This document shows positions 38,935 to 48,328 of a DNA stretch of 64,000 nt, in pieces. The notes under the pieces are model-generated. The model saw only the letters and a program-made list of their open reading frames with translations. It had not been told where the DNA came from and searched no databases. Source of the DNA: Candidatus Dormibacteria bacterium. GTDB taxonomy: Bacteria > Chloroflexota > Dormibacteria > Aeolococcales > Aeolococcaceae. The stretch's first letter is position 1, and the number at the start of each line of letters is the position of its first letter. Made by a program: the position numbers and the translations under genes. The stretch is from contig JBMFXB010000005.1 in assembly GCA_049964715.1 (NCBI GenBank), positions 3,708 to 67,707 on the forward strand. The letters are read 5' to 3'.

Positions 38935-39491
38935 GCCTTCTCCCTATCTTGACGCAGTATGGATAGTACAGTCTGACCAAAGTCTACACGCCTTGCCACG
39001 ACATAGGAACTCCCGGAAAGCATGAGTTCCTCACGGCGCTCATGTTCAATAATTATCGTGGGAACCACCACCTCATCCAGTGCATCAATGATCCCTCGTA
39101 GTGGGACAGCCCCATACGGTGGATCAACAAATGCAATGGCTGCACCGTGAAGTTCACTCCCATGGGCACGAAGTGCATGAAGCACATCCCCCCGAATTAC
39201 CCTGCATTTCAGTTCAGCTTCAAAGCTGTGGATCGATTCTTGGAGTGCTGCAAGACACTTTGGATTTCTTTCAATGAATGTCACGTGAGCAGCGCCTCTT
39301 GAGAGTGACTCAAAACCGAGCACGCCACTTCCAGCAAAGCAGTCGAGTACGTGTGCTTCAGGAATCTCCTCACGCAAAATACCAAAGAGTGACTGCCTCA
39401 CTCGAGCCAAGGTTGGTCGGACTGCTGCTGTTGCAGGAACACGAACTCCCCTCCCGTTCCAGTCACCGCCTGTAAGCCTGATCGTTGTCAC
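38931..39491 (-). CDS. rsmD: 16S rRNA (guanine966-N2)-methyltransferase RsmD
   Basis: Motifs LDCFAGSGVLGFESLSRGA and the DPPY motif (FVDPPYGA). Confidence 0.85.
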   Translation of the reverse strand: MTTIRLTGGDWNGRGVRVPATAAVRPTLARVRQSLFGILREEIPEAHVLDCFAGSGVLGFESLSRGAAHVTFIERNPKCLAALQESIHSFEAELKCRVIRGDVLHALRAHGSELHGAAIAFVDPPYGAVPLRGIIDALDEVVVPTIIIEHERREELMLSGSSYVVARRVDFGQTVLSILRQDREKA

Positions 39492-39496
39492 TGTGT

Positions 39497-41674
39497 CTAA
39501 TCCAGATCGAGAACATATTGATATGCCTTCATCGCTTCATGAAGGGGTGCATACTGCTCGAGGTTCGGATCAGTATCCAGCCACAGGCTTGCTGCCTCCT
39601 GTGCCTCATGGAGAAGGGCAGCATCCAAAAGATCTGCAATGCGAAACATGGAATCCCCGTGCTGCCGCAGTCCACCAATCTCGCCATGTCCACGAAGCTT
39701 GAGATCCTGCTCTGCAAGAAGGAATCCACTTTCTGTCGACGCAACTGCCTGGAGTCGCTGTGTTGCAAGTTCATCTGCACTTTCCTGCATGAGGTAGCAG
39801 TAGGAGGTTGCACTGCCCCGGCCAACGCGGCCACGGAACTGGTGGAGTTGTGCAAGACCAAACCTGTCTGCACTTTCAATAATCATGACTGTTGCATTTG
39901 GTACATCCACTCCGACTTCGACGACACTTGTTGTCACGAGCACATCGAGGTTGTGGGCACGGAACTGTTCCATGACATCGTCCTTCTCCTTCCCGGAAAG
40001 TCGTCCATGGAGAATGCCAAGACGGTATTGTGCAAATGCTCCCTGGGAAAGCCGCTCCATCTCTGTTGTGACACTCATCACTCCATCAAGGTCCTCTGAT
40101 TCCTCGATGATTGGACAGATAACAAACACCTGGTGTCCAAGTTCAAGCTGAGCTCTGGCAGCAAGAAATGCTGCCTCATGTGCACTGCCGTGAATGACCT
40201 CGGTAACGACTTTTCCTCGCTTTGCTGGTCTTTCAGTGAGAACAGAAAGATCGAGGTCACCATACTTTGTAAGCGCAAGGGAACGGGGTATTGGCGTTGC
40301 TGTCATGGCAAGAAAGTTTGGTGGGAGAACTCCTTTCTGGCGAAGACTCTGCCGTTGTTCAACACCAAAGCGATGCTGCTCGTCAATAATGACGAGGCCA
40401 AGGCGGGAAGGCTGAATCCGTTCTTCCAGGAGTGCGTGCGTGCCAACTATGATTGCTGGGATACCTGTCGCAACAAATTCTGCAACTTCACGTTTTGCAG
40501 CTTCAGTCATGCTTCCGACGAGAAGTCGTACTGGAATATCTTCGCTTTCCAGAAGCATTATGAGGGTTGTATGGTGCTGGCGTGCAAGAAGTTCCGTTGG
40601 CGCCATGAAGGCAACCTGATGACCTGCATGACACGTCATGCTTGCAGCAAGCATGGCAACAACTGTCTTTCCACTTCCTACATCGCCCTGCAGTAGACGG
40701 TTCATCGCGTATGGTTTAGCAAGGTCTTGAAAGATCTCGTGAGTGACTATCCGCTGACCATCTGTCAAATGAAATGGCAGATGCGAAACACGTTCACGTG
40801 CGAACTCCACATCGTATGGAATGACAATGGATGACTCCTGAAGTCGCCGTCTCCGGGCTTGTTCTACAACAAGACCAATGCAGAAAAGTTCCTCGAATGC
40901 AAGCCGTCGTCGTGCCTCCTCGATCTCTGCAAAGGACTCAGGGAAATGCACTCGTCGCAGGGCATCACTGAGATCCAAAAGCGCTCTCTCTTGGCGAATG
41001 CGTTCTGGGAGTACATCCGGAAGGGATGGTATCCACGTACGCAGTTGGCCAATTTTCGTACGAAGGAATTTTGATGAGATCCCCTCTGTCTCAGGATAGA
41101 TCGGAGTAATCCGCCCTACGTGGTGTTGTGTATCCGACTCATGCTCAAACTGCGGATTGCGGAATACTGCAGTACCCTTGCTTCGTTCCACCTTCCCGCT
41201 TACAACATACTTCTCGCCTTGATGCAATTGACGTTCAATATACCGCTGATTGAACCAGATAGCCTCAGCAACTCCGGTTTCATCCTCGAGTTCAGCAACA
41301 GTGAGAACCATCCTCCGTCTTGGGCTCTCACGTGTGGCAACTGAACGTATCTGGACTGACACAGTATTCACAGATCCGTATGTGAGTGATGAAAGGGTTG
41401 CACGCTCCCGTGTGTCGTCATACCGTCGTGGGAGATACAGGAGCAGATCCCGTACTGTGAAAAGCCCAAGCCGCTGGAGTCGGAGTGCAGATTCTCGCCC
41501 AATGCCAGGAATATGCAGGAGATCGAGACTAAGCATATCGACGTCATTTGTCATCGTAGCCTTGGTTGTCATTCTTTCTTCACGGACACGCATGCACTTC
41601 CCCTGGATCAAAATGACTGTATATCGACCATACCCAATTTCATCGTGCATTGCAGAAGATGACATTCTCCCCAC
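39497..41674 (-). CDS. recG: ATP-dependent DNA helicase RecG
   Basis: Wedge domain and helicase motifs: I GDVGSGKT, II DEQHRFG, VI QLHQFRGRVGRG. The true start is probably an internal Met near 41572. Confidence 0.9.
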   Translation of the reverse strand: MGRMSSSAMHDEIGYGRYTVILIQGKCMRVREERMTTKATMTNDVDMLSLDLLHIPGIGRESALRLQRLGLFTVRDLLLYLPRRYDDTRERATLSSLTYGSVNTVSVQIRSVATRESPRRRMVLTVAELEDETGVAEAIWFNQRYIERQLHQGEKYVVSGKVERSKGTAVFRNPQFEHESDTQHHVGRITPIYPETEGISSKFLRTKIGQLRTWIPSLPDVLPERIRQERALLDLSDALRRVHFPESFAEIEEARRRLAFEELFCIGLVVEQARRRRLQESSIVIPYDVEFARERVSHLPFHLTDGQRIVTHEIFQDLAKPYAMNRLLQGDVGSGKTVVAMLAASMTCHAGHQVAFMAPTELLARQHHTTLIMLLESEDIPVRLLVGSMTEAAKREVAEFVATGIPAIIVGTHALLEERIQPSRLGLVIIDEQHRFGVEQRQSLRQKGVLPPNFLAMTATPIPRSLALTKYGDLDLSVLTERPAKRGKVVTEVIHGSAHEAAFLAARAQLELGHQVFVICPIIEESEDLDGVMSVTTEMERLSQGAFAQYRLGILHGRLSGKEKDDVMEQFRAHNLDVLVTTSVVEVGVDVPNATVMIIESADRFGLAQLHQFRGRVGRGSATSYCYLMQESADELATQRLQAVASTESGFLLAEQDLKLRGHGEIGGLRQHGDSMFRIADLLDAALLHEAQEAASLWLDTDPNLEQYAPLHEAMKAYQYVLDLD

Positions 41675-41715
41675 AGTACTGGTAGAGTGAATCGAGATTC
41701 TGGGGAGAGGGCACT

Positions 41716-42375
41716 ATGGTCCATGCGGTTATTACCTACCTAGGCCTTGCAAGTGTCAGCATTGCAGGCATCACCACTGTTGGACGTTCCATTCCACAGT
41801 CGATCCGCATGTTCCGAATGCGAACTGATGCTGGAGTGTCCCAACTTACCTGGGGTATTGCAATTGCCTCTGGAATCAGCTGGGTTATCTGGGGAGTTGC
41901 CCACAGCAACCTTCCTGAAATTCTCGTCAATGGCATTGCGCTCATTGCACTTGCTGTGAGCGTTACAGCTTTTCTCCGTGCAGGAGCACACCCGCTCCCT
42001 ATGCTGCTTGTTAATTTCATTGGCATCATTTTCGACGTATTGCTCAACCATGTATCGCCCGGTCTCTACTCGTCATGGACTGTACTTCTCACCATTGCAT
42101 TCTTCTACCCACAGGCATGGGAAGCACTCAGCACCAATTCTCTTGATGGTGTCTCCCTTCAGAGCTGGTACGTGTCAACAGTCATGACAACATGCTGGTT
42201 CATCTACGGACTCACGATAGGGAGCATCCCCATTGCAGCCCCCTCAGTACTCTCCTACCCTGCAATTATTGTTATTCTCGTGAGACTTCACCGATTCAAG
42301 CGTGAGGGTCATCGTGCACCCAGTAAGGTACTTTCTCCAGATTCACTTCAGGCAAATGTCCCGAAACCCTCTTAG
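41716..42375 (+). CDS. 7-TM membrane protein with two PQ-loop repeats (full-length SWEET/PQ-loop-like, 3+1+3 topology)
   Basis: The first PQ motif (GRSIPQSIRMF) follows TM1 and the second (FFYPQAWEAL) follows TM5. Seven hydrophobic helices in 219 aa. Strong GGAGAGGG RBS. Confidence 0.55.
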   Translation: MVHAVITYLGLASVSIAGITTVGRSIPQSIRMFRMRTDAGVSQLTWGIAIASGISWVIWGVAHSNLPEILVNGIALIALAVSVTAFLRAGAHPLPMLLVNFIGIIFDVLLNHVSPGLYSSWTVLLTIAFFYPQAWEALSTNSLDGVSLQSWYVSTVMTTCWFIYGLTIGSIPIAAPSVLSYPAIIVILVRLHRFKREGHRAPSKVLSPDSLQANVPKPS

Positions 42376-43493
42376 CTTGACTTGGAAATAGGCTCAATCT
42401 GCTGGACAGCAAATGGAACGCTCGTGAACTGCTGTGTGCCCCTGAGCACATTAGTCTGGGCTGTGGAAAGGGCTTGATCAGGTGCCCAGCCCGGTCCGGA
42501 TGCAGCAAGAGTGAAGGTTGATGTCGTGCATGCTGTTGGTCCCTGAACTGTCGTGGTGGTGACAAGTTGACCAGAAGCGTTTGTTGTGGTCGTCTGAGTC
42601 GTCACGGTATACGAGCAGGACTGGTAGATGTACCGCCAGGATTCAATCTGGATTACTGGCCCACCTGCACTTACAGGGTAGACATGTTCATACCCAGGAT
42701 ACGCATATGAAGAGATGAGACCTGTGCCGGCTGGCGGTGTGGTATTGATCGGTCCTGGTTCTCCGGAAGCAGATTTTGTGAAAGAGGCTGGGGGCGTTGT
42801 CCAGTCGACTGGTCCTGCCCATGTTGTAATTGTTGCCTGAATAAGCCCTGTTGCAAGGGAACCGTAGGAGCATATGGTCACACCTCCGTTGGGTGTGAAC
42901 GTTCCTCCAGAACATCCAGTGAATCCGATATTTGGACTGTATGCTGTAGCTGTAAAGGGTGTTAGCACGAGCATGTAGTGGGTATTGGTTTCGACAGATC
43001 CACTGCCAAGTGTGGTATTGGAACCAGTGTTGAATGCGTATGACTGGACAGATGGCGGCTGCCCGCCAAAGTTCGCACACCCCCAATTATAGTAGAGCGC
43101 ATTGGGGTTTTCGGGATTGCCTGGTACTGGCCCGCCAGGATATACCAGTGCCCCTGTAGCATCATTGAGGATGAAGTCAGTCTTTGGGTTGAGCTGTGCA
43201 TAGCTCTGAGGTTCAGGCACACTGTCTGGGCGTGGTGCATTGGGATACGGCCAGAACAAGGTATCGCCACCGCAGTCCTGCCAAGAAGCGAGAGACTGCC
43301 CGGAAAGTGTGACAAGGTTGCCATTGCCATTATTGCTACTGTTTCCGGATGTACTTCCGGTTGTACACGATATTGCATATGCAGGGCACTGTGCATCTAC
43401 AACGACAGCGTTGAATGCAAAGCTGCCAAGAAGCACACACAAGGCAACAGCTGAAGTCCAGCGTGCAACGTTGAAACGTCTTTCATTTTTCAC
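42372..43493 (-). CDS. secreted Gly/Thr/Pro-rich hypothetical protein
   Basis: Signal peptide (AVALCVLLGSFAFNAVVVDA). 373 aa, low complexity, many Cys pairs. No recognised domain. Confidence 0.45.
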   Translation of the reverse strand: MKNERRFNVARWTSAVALCVLLGSFAFNAVVVDAQCPAYAISCTTGSTSGNSSNNGNGNLVTLSGQSLASWQDCGGDTLFWPYPNAPRPDSVPEPQSYAQLNPKTDFILNDATGALVYPGGPVPGNPENPNALYYNWGCANFGGQPPSVQSYAFNTGSNTTLGSGSVETNTHYMLVLTPFTATAYSPNIGFTGCSGGTFTPNGGVTICSYGSLATGLIQATITTWAGPVDWTTPPASFTKSASGEPGPINTTPPAGTGLISSYAYPGYEHVYPVSAGGPVIQIESWRYIYQSCSYTVTTQTTTTNASGQLVTTTTVQGPTACTTSTFTLAASGPGWAPDQALSTAQTNVLRGTQQFTSVPFAVQQIEPISKSS

Positions 43494-43496
43494 AAT

Positions 43497-44336
43497 TTAT
43501 CCCCCAGAACATGTATTTCGCAGTGCAGGAACACCGCACCCACTCTCGCCATTCATCACCCAGATCAAACCGTAGGGTGCTACATTTTCCAGGCTTCCTG
43601 TCAAAAGGTAGCTTGATGATGTCGCAGACTTCCCAGCGACTACAAGCTTTCCGCCTGGTTCGAGAAGGACTAGACCCGAGCATGGCGGATTTGTGATCAC
43701 AAGCCCCTCGGTAGAAGCATAGGCCCAGCCCTGCGACTGTAGGTACGTCTGTGCAGCCTTGGAGACAGACACTACCTGAAGATTTGATGGACCGACACAA
43801 GCTGGCATTGCATGCACAACAGCTCCATTCTTCAGGGCTTGCAGAATCTGGTCTTCCTGTGCAAGTTGACCAGACAGTTCCGTAAGCATGGGGATGTCAT
43901 CGTATTTCATTGCCCAAAAGGACAGTTCCATTTGCCTGACAAACGCATCTGCCACTGTTGCAGCAGTTAATGTGGATACACCTGCATCGGCATACACAAC
44001 AGAAGGTGCCTGGACCATGTGCATTGCATCTGCTCCTGGAACATACGTTGTACTTGCCGATGACCATTCGTATTCACAGGCTTTCGGAGCTTCAGGAAAG
44101 GGAATGGTTGATGGCATTCGGCAAGGATCCGAGACATTCGGAAACGTCTCGGCCTGGAATGTCACTTCCTTTGCACCAGGAGGCGGAGAAACGGCAATAT
44201 CCGGAATCTGTGAGGCTGAGTTGCTTGCAGCAGGGGCTGTCCCATGAGAACTCCCTGGAGCATATCCAGTAGTTCCGCATGCTACTACTACAACCATGAT
44301 TGCCACAACGACCACCGCCCTGACAAGAATTCCCAT
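43497..44336 (-). CDS. secreted/lipoprotein hypothetical protein
   Basis: N-terminal hydrophobic segment ending in VVVACGTTG (lipobox-like). 279 aa. Confidence 0.45.
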   Translation of the reverse strand: MGILVRAVVVVAIMVVVVACGTTGYAPGSSHGTAPAASNSASQIPDIAVSPPPGAKEVTFQAETFPNVSDPCRMPSTIPFPEAPKACEYEWSSASTTYVPGADAMHMVQAPSVVYADAGVSTLTAATVADAFVRQMELSFWAMKYDDIPMLTELSGQLAQEDQILQALKNGAVVHAMPACVGPSNLQVVSVSKAAQTYLQSQGWAYASTEGLVITNPPCSGLVLLEPGGKLVVAGKSATSSSYLLTGSLENVAPYGLIWVMNGESGCGVPALRNTCSGG

Positions 44337-44456
44337 GACGCAAGTATAGAAAGTGTTGGCTTAATGTGGAGATACAGTAATAGCACTGTCACAAATTTGT
44401 GCTCTCAGATTCATGGTATCCACGCCAGTGCCAGAACTATCTTGTCAGGATATCAC

Positions 44457-46235
44457 TCATTCAAATGACAGGATGTACGGATAGTGGGACTGCCCCCCCT
44501 CATGCAACTCAAACTCGATGGTGCTGAACTTGCCACGCAAAAATCCCGCAAGTGACTCTGCATCATCAACAGCAGTCTCTGAACCGTAATACAGTGTCAC
44601 AATCTCAGGTTTGGGTTCAGCACTGCCAACCACTTCCTCAATGACTTCAAGCGGTTCAGTGCCAACAGCAATGACATCCTCTCCACTTATTGCAAGTACA
44701 TCCCCAGAAGTGATTTTCCTGCCACCGATCCTGCTGTTTCGCACTGCACGGGTTATCTCGACACTCCGTATTGCCTGTGCCAGGTCCGTCATCTGGGAGA
44801 CGATATTGTCCACCCCTTCAGTCCCTTCAAGTCCAAAGAGGGCAGCAACTCCCTCTGGAAGCGTTTTCGTGGGAATGACATGCACAGCAACACCCTCATC
44901 CCCACCAACCTTCTGTACCTGATCTGCAGTCATGACTATGTTGCTGTTGTTCGGCAGCAGCACGACGTGCGATGCATGGGTCTCTCTGACAGCATGGAGA
45001 AGATCCTCAATTGAGGGATTCATGGTTTGTCCTCCCTCAACCACAACGCTGGCACCGAGACTCTTCATGAGGGTTCGAAATCCCTCACCCTGTGCAACTG
45101 CAACGACAGCGATCTCCCGGGACTCGTTGACTTCGACTCCATCCTCTGGAGAAATACTGGCAACCTCGAGGATGTCATGGTGCTGCTTCGACATGTCATC
45201 GACCTTGAGATTGCTCAGACGTCCCCACAGGGATGCAGCTGCAATGACACTGTTGGGATCGAACGTGTGGATGTGCACCTTCACAAGTTCTGGTTCCCCG
45301 ACTACAAGAGCAGAATCCCCAAGTGCTGCGAGTTCTGTCCGTACGGCTTCCACTTCCCCACTCACATCATGGATGAGAAATTCCGTGCAGAATCCCCACC
45401 CTTCTTCACGTGCTGCAACTGCAGCTGCACCGCGAAGCTCCCGTGAAGGAGTGCTGGCAGACGGCGCAAGGATTCCCTCGTGTGCTAATCCACGTGGATT
45501 CCGCACAGTAGGTGCTCCAATGGCAGTTGATCCTCCTCGGGATTGAGCACTCCATGTCTGAGGATCTATACTTTGCAGAGCACGCCACATTCCCTCAAGG
45601 ATAATGGCAAGCCCAAAGCCACCAGCATCAACAACGCCAGCTTCCTTGAGGATAGCGAGCTGCTCAGGTGTCTTCTCCACTGCATCATGCGCAGCTATGA
45701 CAAGTGCTTCAAAGAGTGCCACTATATCGTTTGACTCAAATTGGCGTGCCTTTTCTGCTGTGACCCTGATGACAGTGAGCATTGTGCCCTCAGTAGGCTT
45801 CATAACAGCCCTGTAGGCAACTGTAGCTGCATCAGACCATGCACGTACAAGATCCTCATATCCTGCCTGCTCACCTTGCCCAATGCCCTGTGCAAATCCC
45901 CTGATGATCTGAGAGAGGATAACACCACTATTGCCCCGTGCACCCATAAGGGCTCCATGGGCCAGACTCCGCATGAACTCACCAAGCTTTGGCGAATCCC
46001 CAAGTGAAGCACCTTCATCAACTGCAGAGCGAAGGGTCATGAACATGTTGCTCCCCGTATCACCATCTGGTACAGGGAATACATTGAGATCATTGATAAC
46101 AGAGCGATTGGCCTCAAGCCATGAAAGCGCATTCTCAAAGGCAAATCTCAGATGAGCTGCACGTACTTCACCCAAGACGAACACCTTTCCTTCCGATGCA
46201 CTACCTGCCATGTCTGGCCTAGAAGATTTCGCCAT
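44457..46235 (-). CDS. DAK2 domain fusion protein (YloV family)
   Basis: N-terminal DAK2 (DhaL-like) domain (FPVPDGDTGSNM) and a C-terminal DegV-like/uncharacterised domain. It holds the conserved Asp23-YloV-recG position. Start chosen at the ATG with a GGAGGA RBS (46235). Confidence 0.8.
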   Translation of the reverse strand: MAKSSRPDMAGSASEGKVFVLGEVRAAHLRFAFENALSWLEANRSVINDLNVFPVPDGDTGSNMFMTLRSAVDEGASLGDSPKLGEFMRSLAHGALMGARGNSGVILSQIIRGFAQGIGQGEQAGYEDLVRAWSDAATVAYRAVMKPTEGTMLTVIRVTAEKARQFESNDIVALFEALVIAAHDAVEKTPEQLAILKEAGVVDAGGFGLAIILEGMWRALQSIDPQTWSAQSRGGSTAIGAPTVRNPRGLAHEGILAPSASTPSRELRGAAAVAAREEGWGFCTEFLIHDVSGEVEAVRTELAALGDSALVVGEPELVKVHIHTFDPNSVIAAASLWGRLSNLKVDDMSKQHHDILEVASISPEDGVEVNESREIAVVAVAQGEGFRTLMKSLGASVVVEGGQTMNPSIEDLLHAVRETHASHVVLLPNNSNIVMTADQVQKVGGDEGVAVHVIPTKTLPEGVAALFGLEGTEGVDNIVSQMTDLAQAIRSVEITRAVRNSRIGGRKITSGDVLAISGEDVIAVGTEPLEVIEEVVGSAEPKPEIVTLYYGSETAVDDAESLAGFLRGKFSTIEFELHEGGQSHYPYILSFE

Positions 46236-46617
46236 GATCGCGATCTCCTCCATGGATACCTTGAACATTGACATTGACAGCACAAACAGTGAGCCCCATG
46301 GTTCTCTCAACAGCATAGCCAACAACGCTCATGAGATTTTGTGCAACTTCACTTACCCGCACTCCGTATTCGACAATGACATAGAGGTCGATAGCAACCC
46401 CTTCATTGGTCAATGTCACAACTACACCGCGGTGGATGTTGTCCATGTTGAGTCGTTCAGCAATACCGTCACGAAGTCCCCGGGCTGCCATGCCCACAAT
46501 GCCGTAGCATTCATTTGTGACATGTCCCACGAGCGTCATGATTGCGTGCTTCGAGACTTCGACACGACCAAGTTCCTCCTGGCGTACGAGTATCTCGGAT
46601 ACGGGCACTGAGCTCAT
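46219..46617 (-). CDS. Asp23/Gls24 family envelope-stress (alkaline shock) protein
   Basis: 132-aa Asp23-fold protein (…VVVTLTNEGVAIDLYVIVEYGVRVSEVAQNL…). Confidence 0.8.
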   Translation of the reverse strand: MSSVPVSEILVRQEELGRVEVSKHAIMTLVGHVTNECYGIVGMAARGLRDGIAERLNMDNIHRGVVVTLTNEGVAIDLYVIVEYGVRVSEVAQNLMSVVGYAVERTMGLTVCAVNVNVQGIHGGDRDHGEIF

Positions 46618-46725
46618 GATGGTTACCTCAACATACTGATGGTTGCGTCTCTATACTAGAATATTGTCCAGAGCTCTGCTATGCCAGTAGAGCAGACAAC
46701 ATCGAACACAAGAGCAGAGAGAACT

Positions 46726-46920
46726 ATGGCACAGCGATGCGATGTGTGTGGCAAAGGTCCCATGACTGGCAATAATGTCAGCCACTCGAAGCGGCGTACC
46801 CGCCGCAGGTTCATGCCGAACCTTCACCCAACCCACGTCTTGGTGAACGGACGACTTCTCCGCGTGACTGCATGCACCCGCTGCATCCGCACGCAAATGA
46901 AGCAGTACGCCACAAAATAG
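46726..46920 (+). CDS. rpmB: 50S ribosomal protein L28
   Basis: Product starts [33 protein letters not shown], which is the L28 signature (C-x-x-GK…GNN.SH…RRF.PNL). Start at the internal ATG 46726. Confidence 0.85.
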   Translation: MAQRCDVCGKGPMTGNNVSHSKRRTRRRFMPNLHPTHVLVNGRLLRVTACTRCIRTQMKQYATK

Positions 46921-46924
46921 AAGC

Positions 46925-46949
46925 TTGGAAAGCTTTATTGGCTTTCCAG
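46925..46949. terminator. hairpin between convergent rpmB and rlmN (probable bidirectional terminator)
   Basis: TGGAAAGC-tttattg-GCTTTCCA perfect 8-bp stem. U-rich tract on the rlmN side. Confidence 0.4.
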
Positions 46950-46959
46950 ATACAGTGAC

Positions 46960-48102
46960 CTATCCTTTAGGGGATCCTGTCGTGCGCACTGGACGACTGA
47001 GTGTACCGTCCGGAAGCTGGAACCGTCGGGCTTCATGTGTTGCACGAAGCTGTCCACAGGCACCGTCTGTTGCTTGACCCCGAGTATTTCGCACAGTCAC
47101 ATGTGCCTGCTTGAGGAGCGCAACGAACCTCGCAACACCTGCAGGGGAAGGTCCGTTCCATGGACTTCCCTCAATGCGGTTCATGGGAATGACATTGATG
47201 TGTGCATGATGTTGCTGTGCCCTTTTTGCCAATGCTGATGCCTGTTCTTCAGTATCGTTGATGCCTTCAATGAGACACCATTCATATGTCACGCGTCTCC
47301 CTGTTTTCAGGTAGTATTCTTCCACCTTCAAGCACACTGCATCGAGGGGATATTTTGCATTGAGGGGAACCAGCCGTGTCCGAAGCTCATTCGTTGCTGC
47401 ATGGAGCGAGAGTGCAAGCGTTACAGGAATCTTCTCTTCAATGAGTCGCTCAATTCCAGGTATGACTCCACTTGTGGATATCGTGATATGACGTGCACTC
47501 ATGCCACGCTCATGTATGAGTCGTTTCACTGCAGAGACTGTTGTTTCGAGGTTTGCAAGAGGTTCCCCCATCCCCATGAAAACAACATGAGTTACAGGAT
47601 GCATGCCGTGTTCCTTGGCAAGCATATCAGCAAGGCGCACCTGGTCAAGAACCTCACCGGGAGTACAGTGACGCATAAGCCCAAGTCTGCCCGTTGCACA
47701 GAATGGACATCCAACAGCACAACCCACCTGTGAGCTAACACACACCGTTGTACGGGGGTGCTGGGATTTCCCATAATGCATGACAACTGTTTCAATTGTC
47801 CGCCCATCAGCGAGTGTGCCCACTACAGAAATCGTTCGTCCACCGTCATCCACACGCACGTGGGACGGCTCCACAGCCAAGAACGCATATCTTTTCGCCA
47901 ACTCACTACGTAGGGCGAACGGGAAGGAAGACACTTCATCCCATGAACGTACAGCAGGATTGCGGAGTGCATCAGCAAGCTGTCGCTCCCGCCAAGGGGC
48001 TTCTCCCAGACGTGAAAACACATCTGCCCGTTCCTCAGGAGAAACGTCCATCACTGCTGGGAGCAGCACCTGCACGCTCTCTGCAGTGTCTGCCATCACC
48101 AT
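46960..48102 (-). CDS. rlmN: 23S rRNA/tRNA (adenine-C2)-methyltransferase, radical SAM
   Basis: Radical-SAM CxxxCxxC (GCAVGCPFCATG) and the conserved RlmN C-terminal Cys region. Confidence 0.9.
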   Translation of the reverse strand: MVMADTAESVQVLLPAVMDVSPEERADVFSRLGEAPWRERQLADALRNPAVRSWDEVSSFPFALRSELAKRYAFLAVEPSHVRVDDGGRTISVVGTLADGRTIETVVMHYGKSQHPRTTVCVSSQVGCAVGCPFCATGRLGLMRHCTPGEVLDQVRLADMLAKEHGMHPVTHVVFMGMGEPLANLETTVSAVKRLIHERGMSARHITISTSGVIPGIERLIEEKIPVTLALSLHAATNELRTRLVPLNAKYPLDAVCLKVEEYYLKTGRRVTYEWCLIEGINDTEEQASALAKRAQQHHAHINVIPMNRIEGSPWNGPSPAGVARFVALLKQAHVTVRNTRGQATDGACGQLRATHEARRFQLPDGTLSRPVRTTGSPKG

Positions 48103-48129
48103 TACCCGTTGCTACCTACCTGACGAATC

Positions 48130-48216
48130 TGGTGCCGAGGAAGGGACTCGAACCCTTACAAGCTTGCGCTCACTACCCCCTCAAAGTAGCGTGTCTACCA
48201 ATTCCACCACCTCGGC
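48130..48216 (-). tRNA. tRNA-Leu (anticodon GAG), type II with a long variable arm
   Basis: The 87-nt sequence is GCCGAGGTGGTGGAATTGGTAGACACGCTACTTTGAGGGGGTAGTGAGCGCAAGCTTGTAAGGGTTCGAGTCCCTTCCTCGGCACCA. The 7-bp acceptor stem is perfect. T-loop TTCGAGT. The anticodon loop is TT-GAG-GG between the CTACT/GGTAG stem. Encoded CCA. Confidence 0.85.
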
Positions 48217-48328
48217 AAGGGATCACTGCGGTAGCCGCAATGAACTGTAATGTAGCATATCAACTCCCCCAATACCGGGGCCACAGTCAGCACACAAGAG
48301 TGCTCATACGCGGACAAATGTCCGCCCA

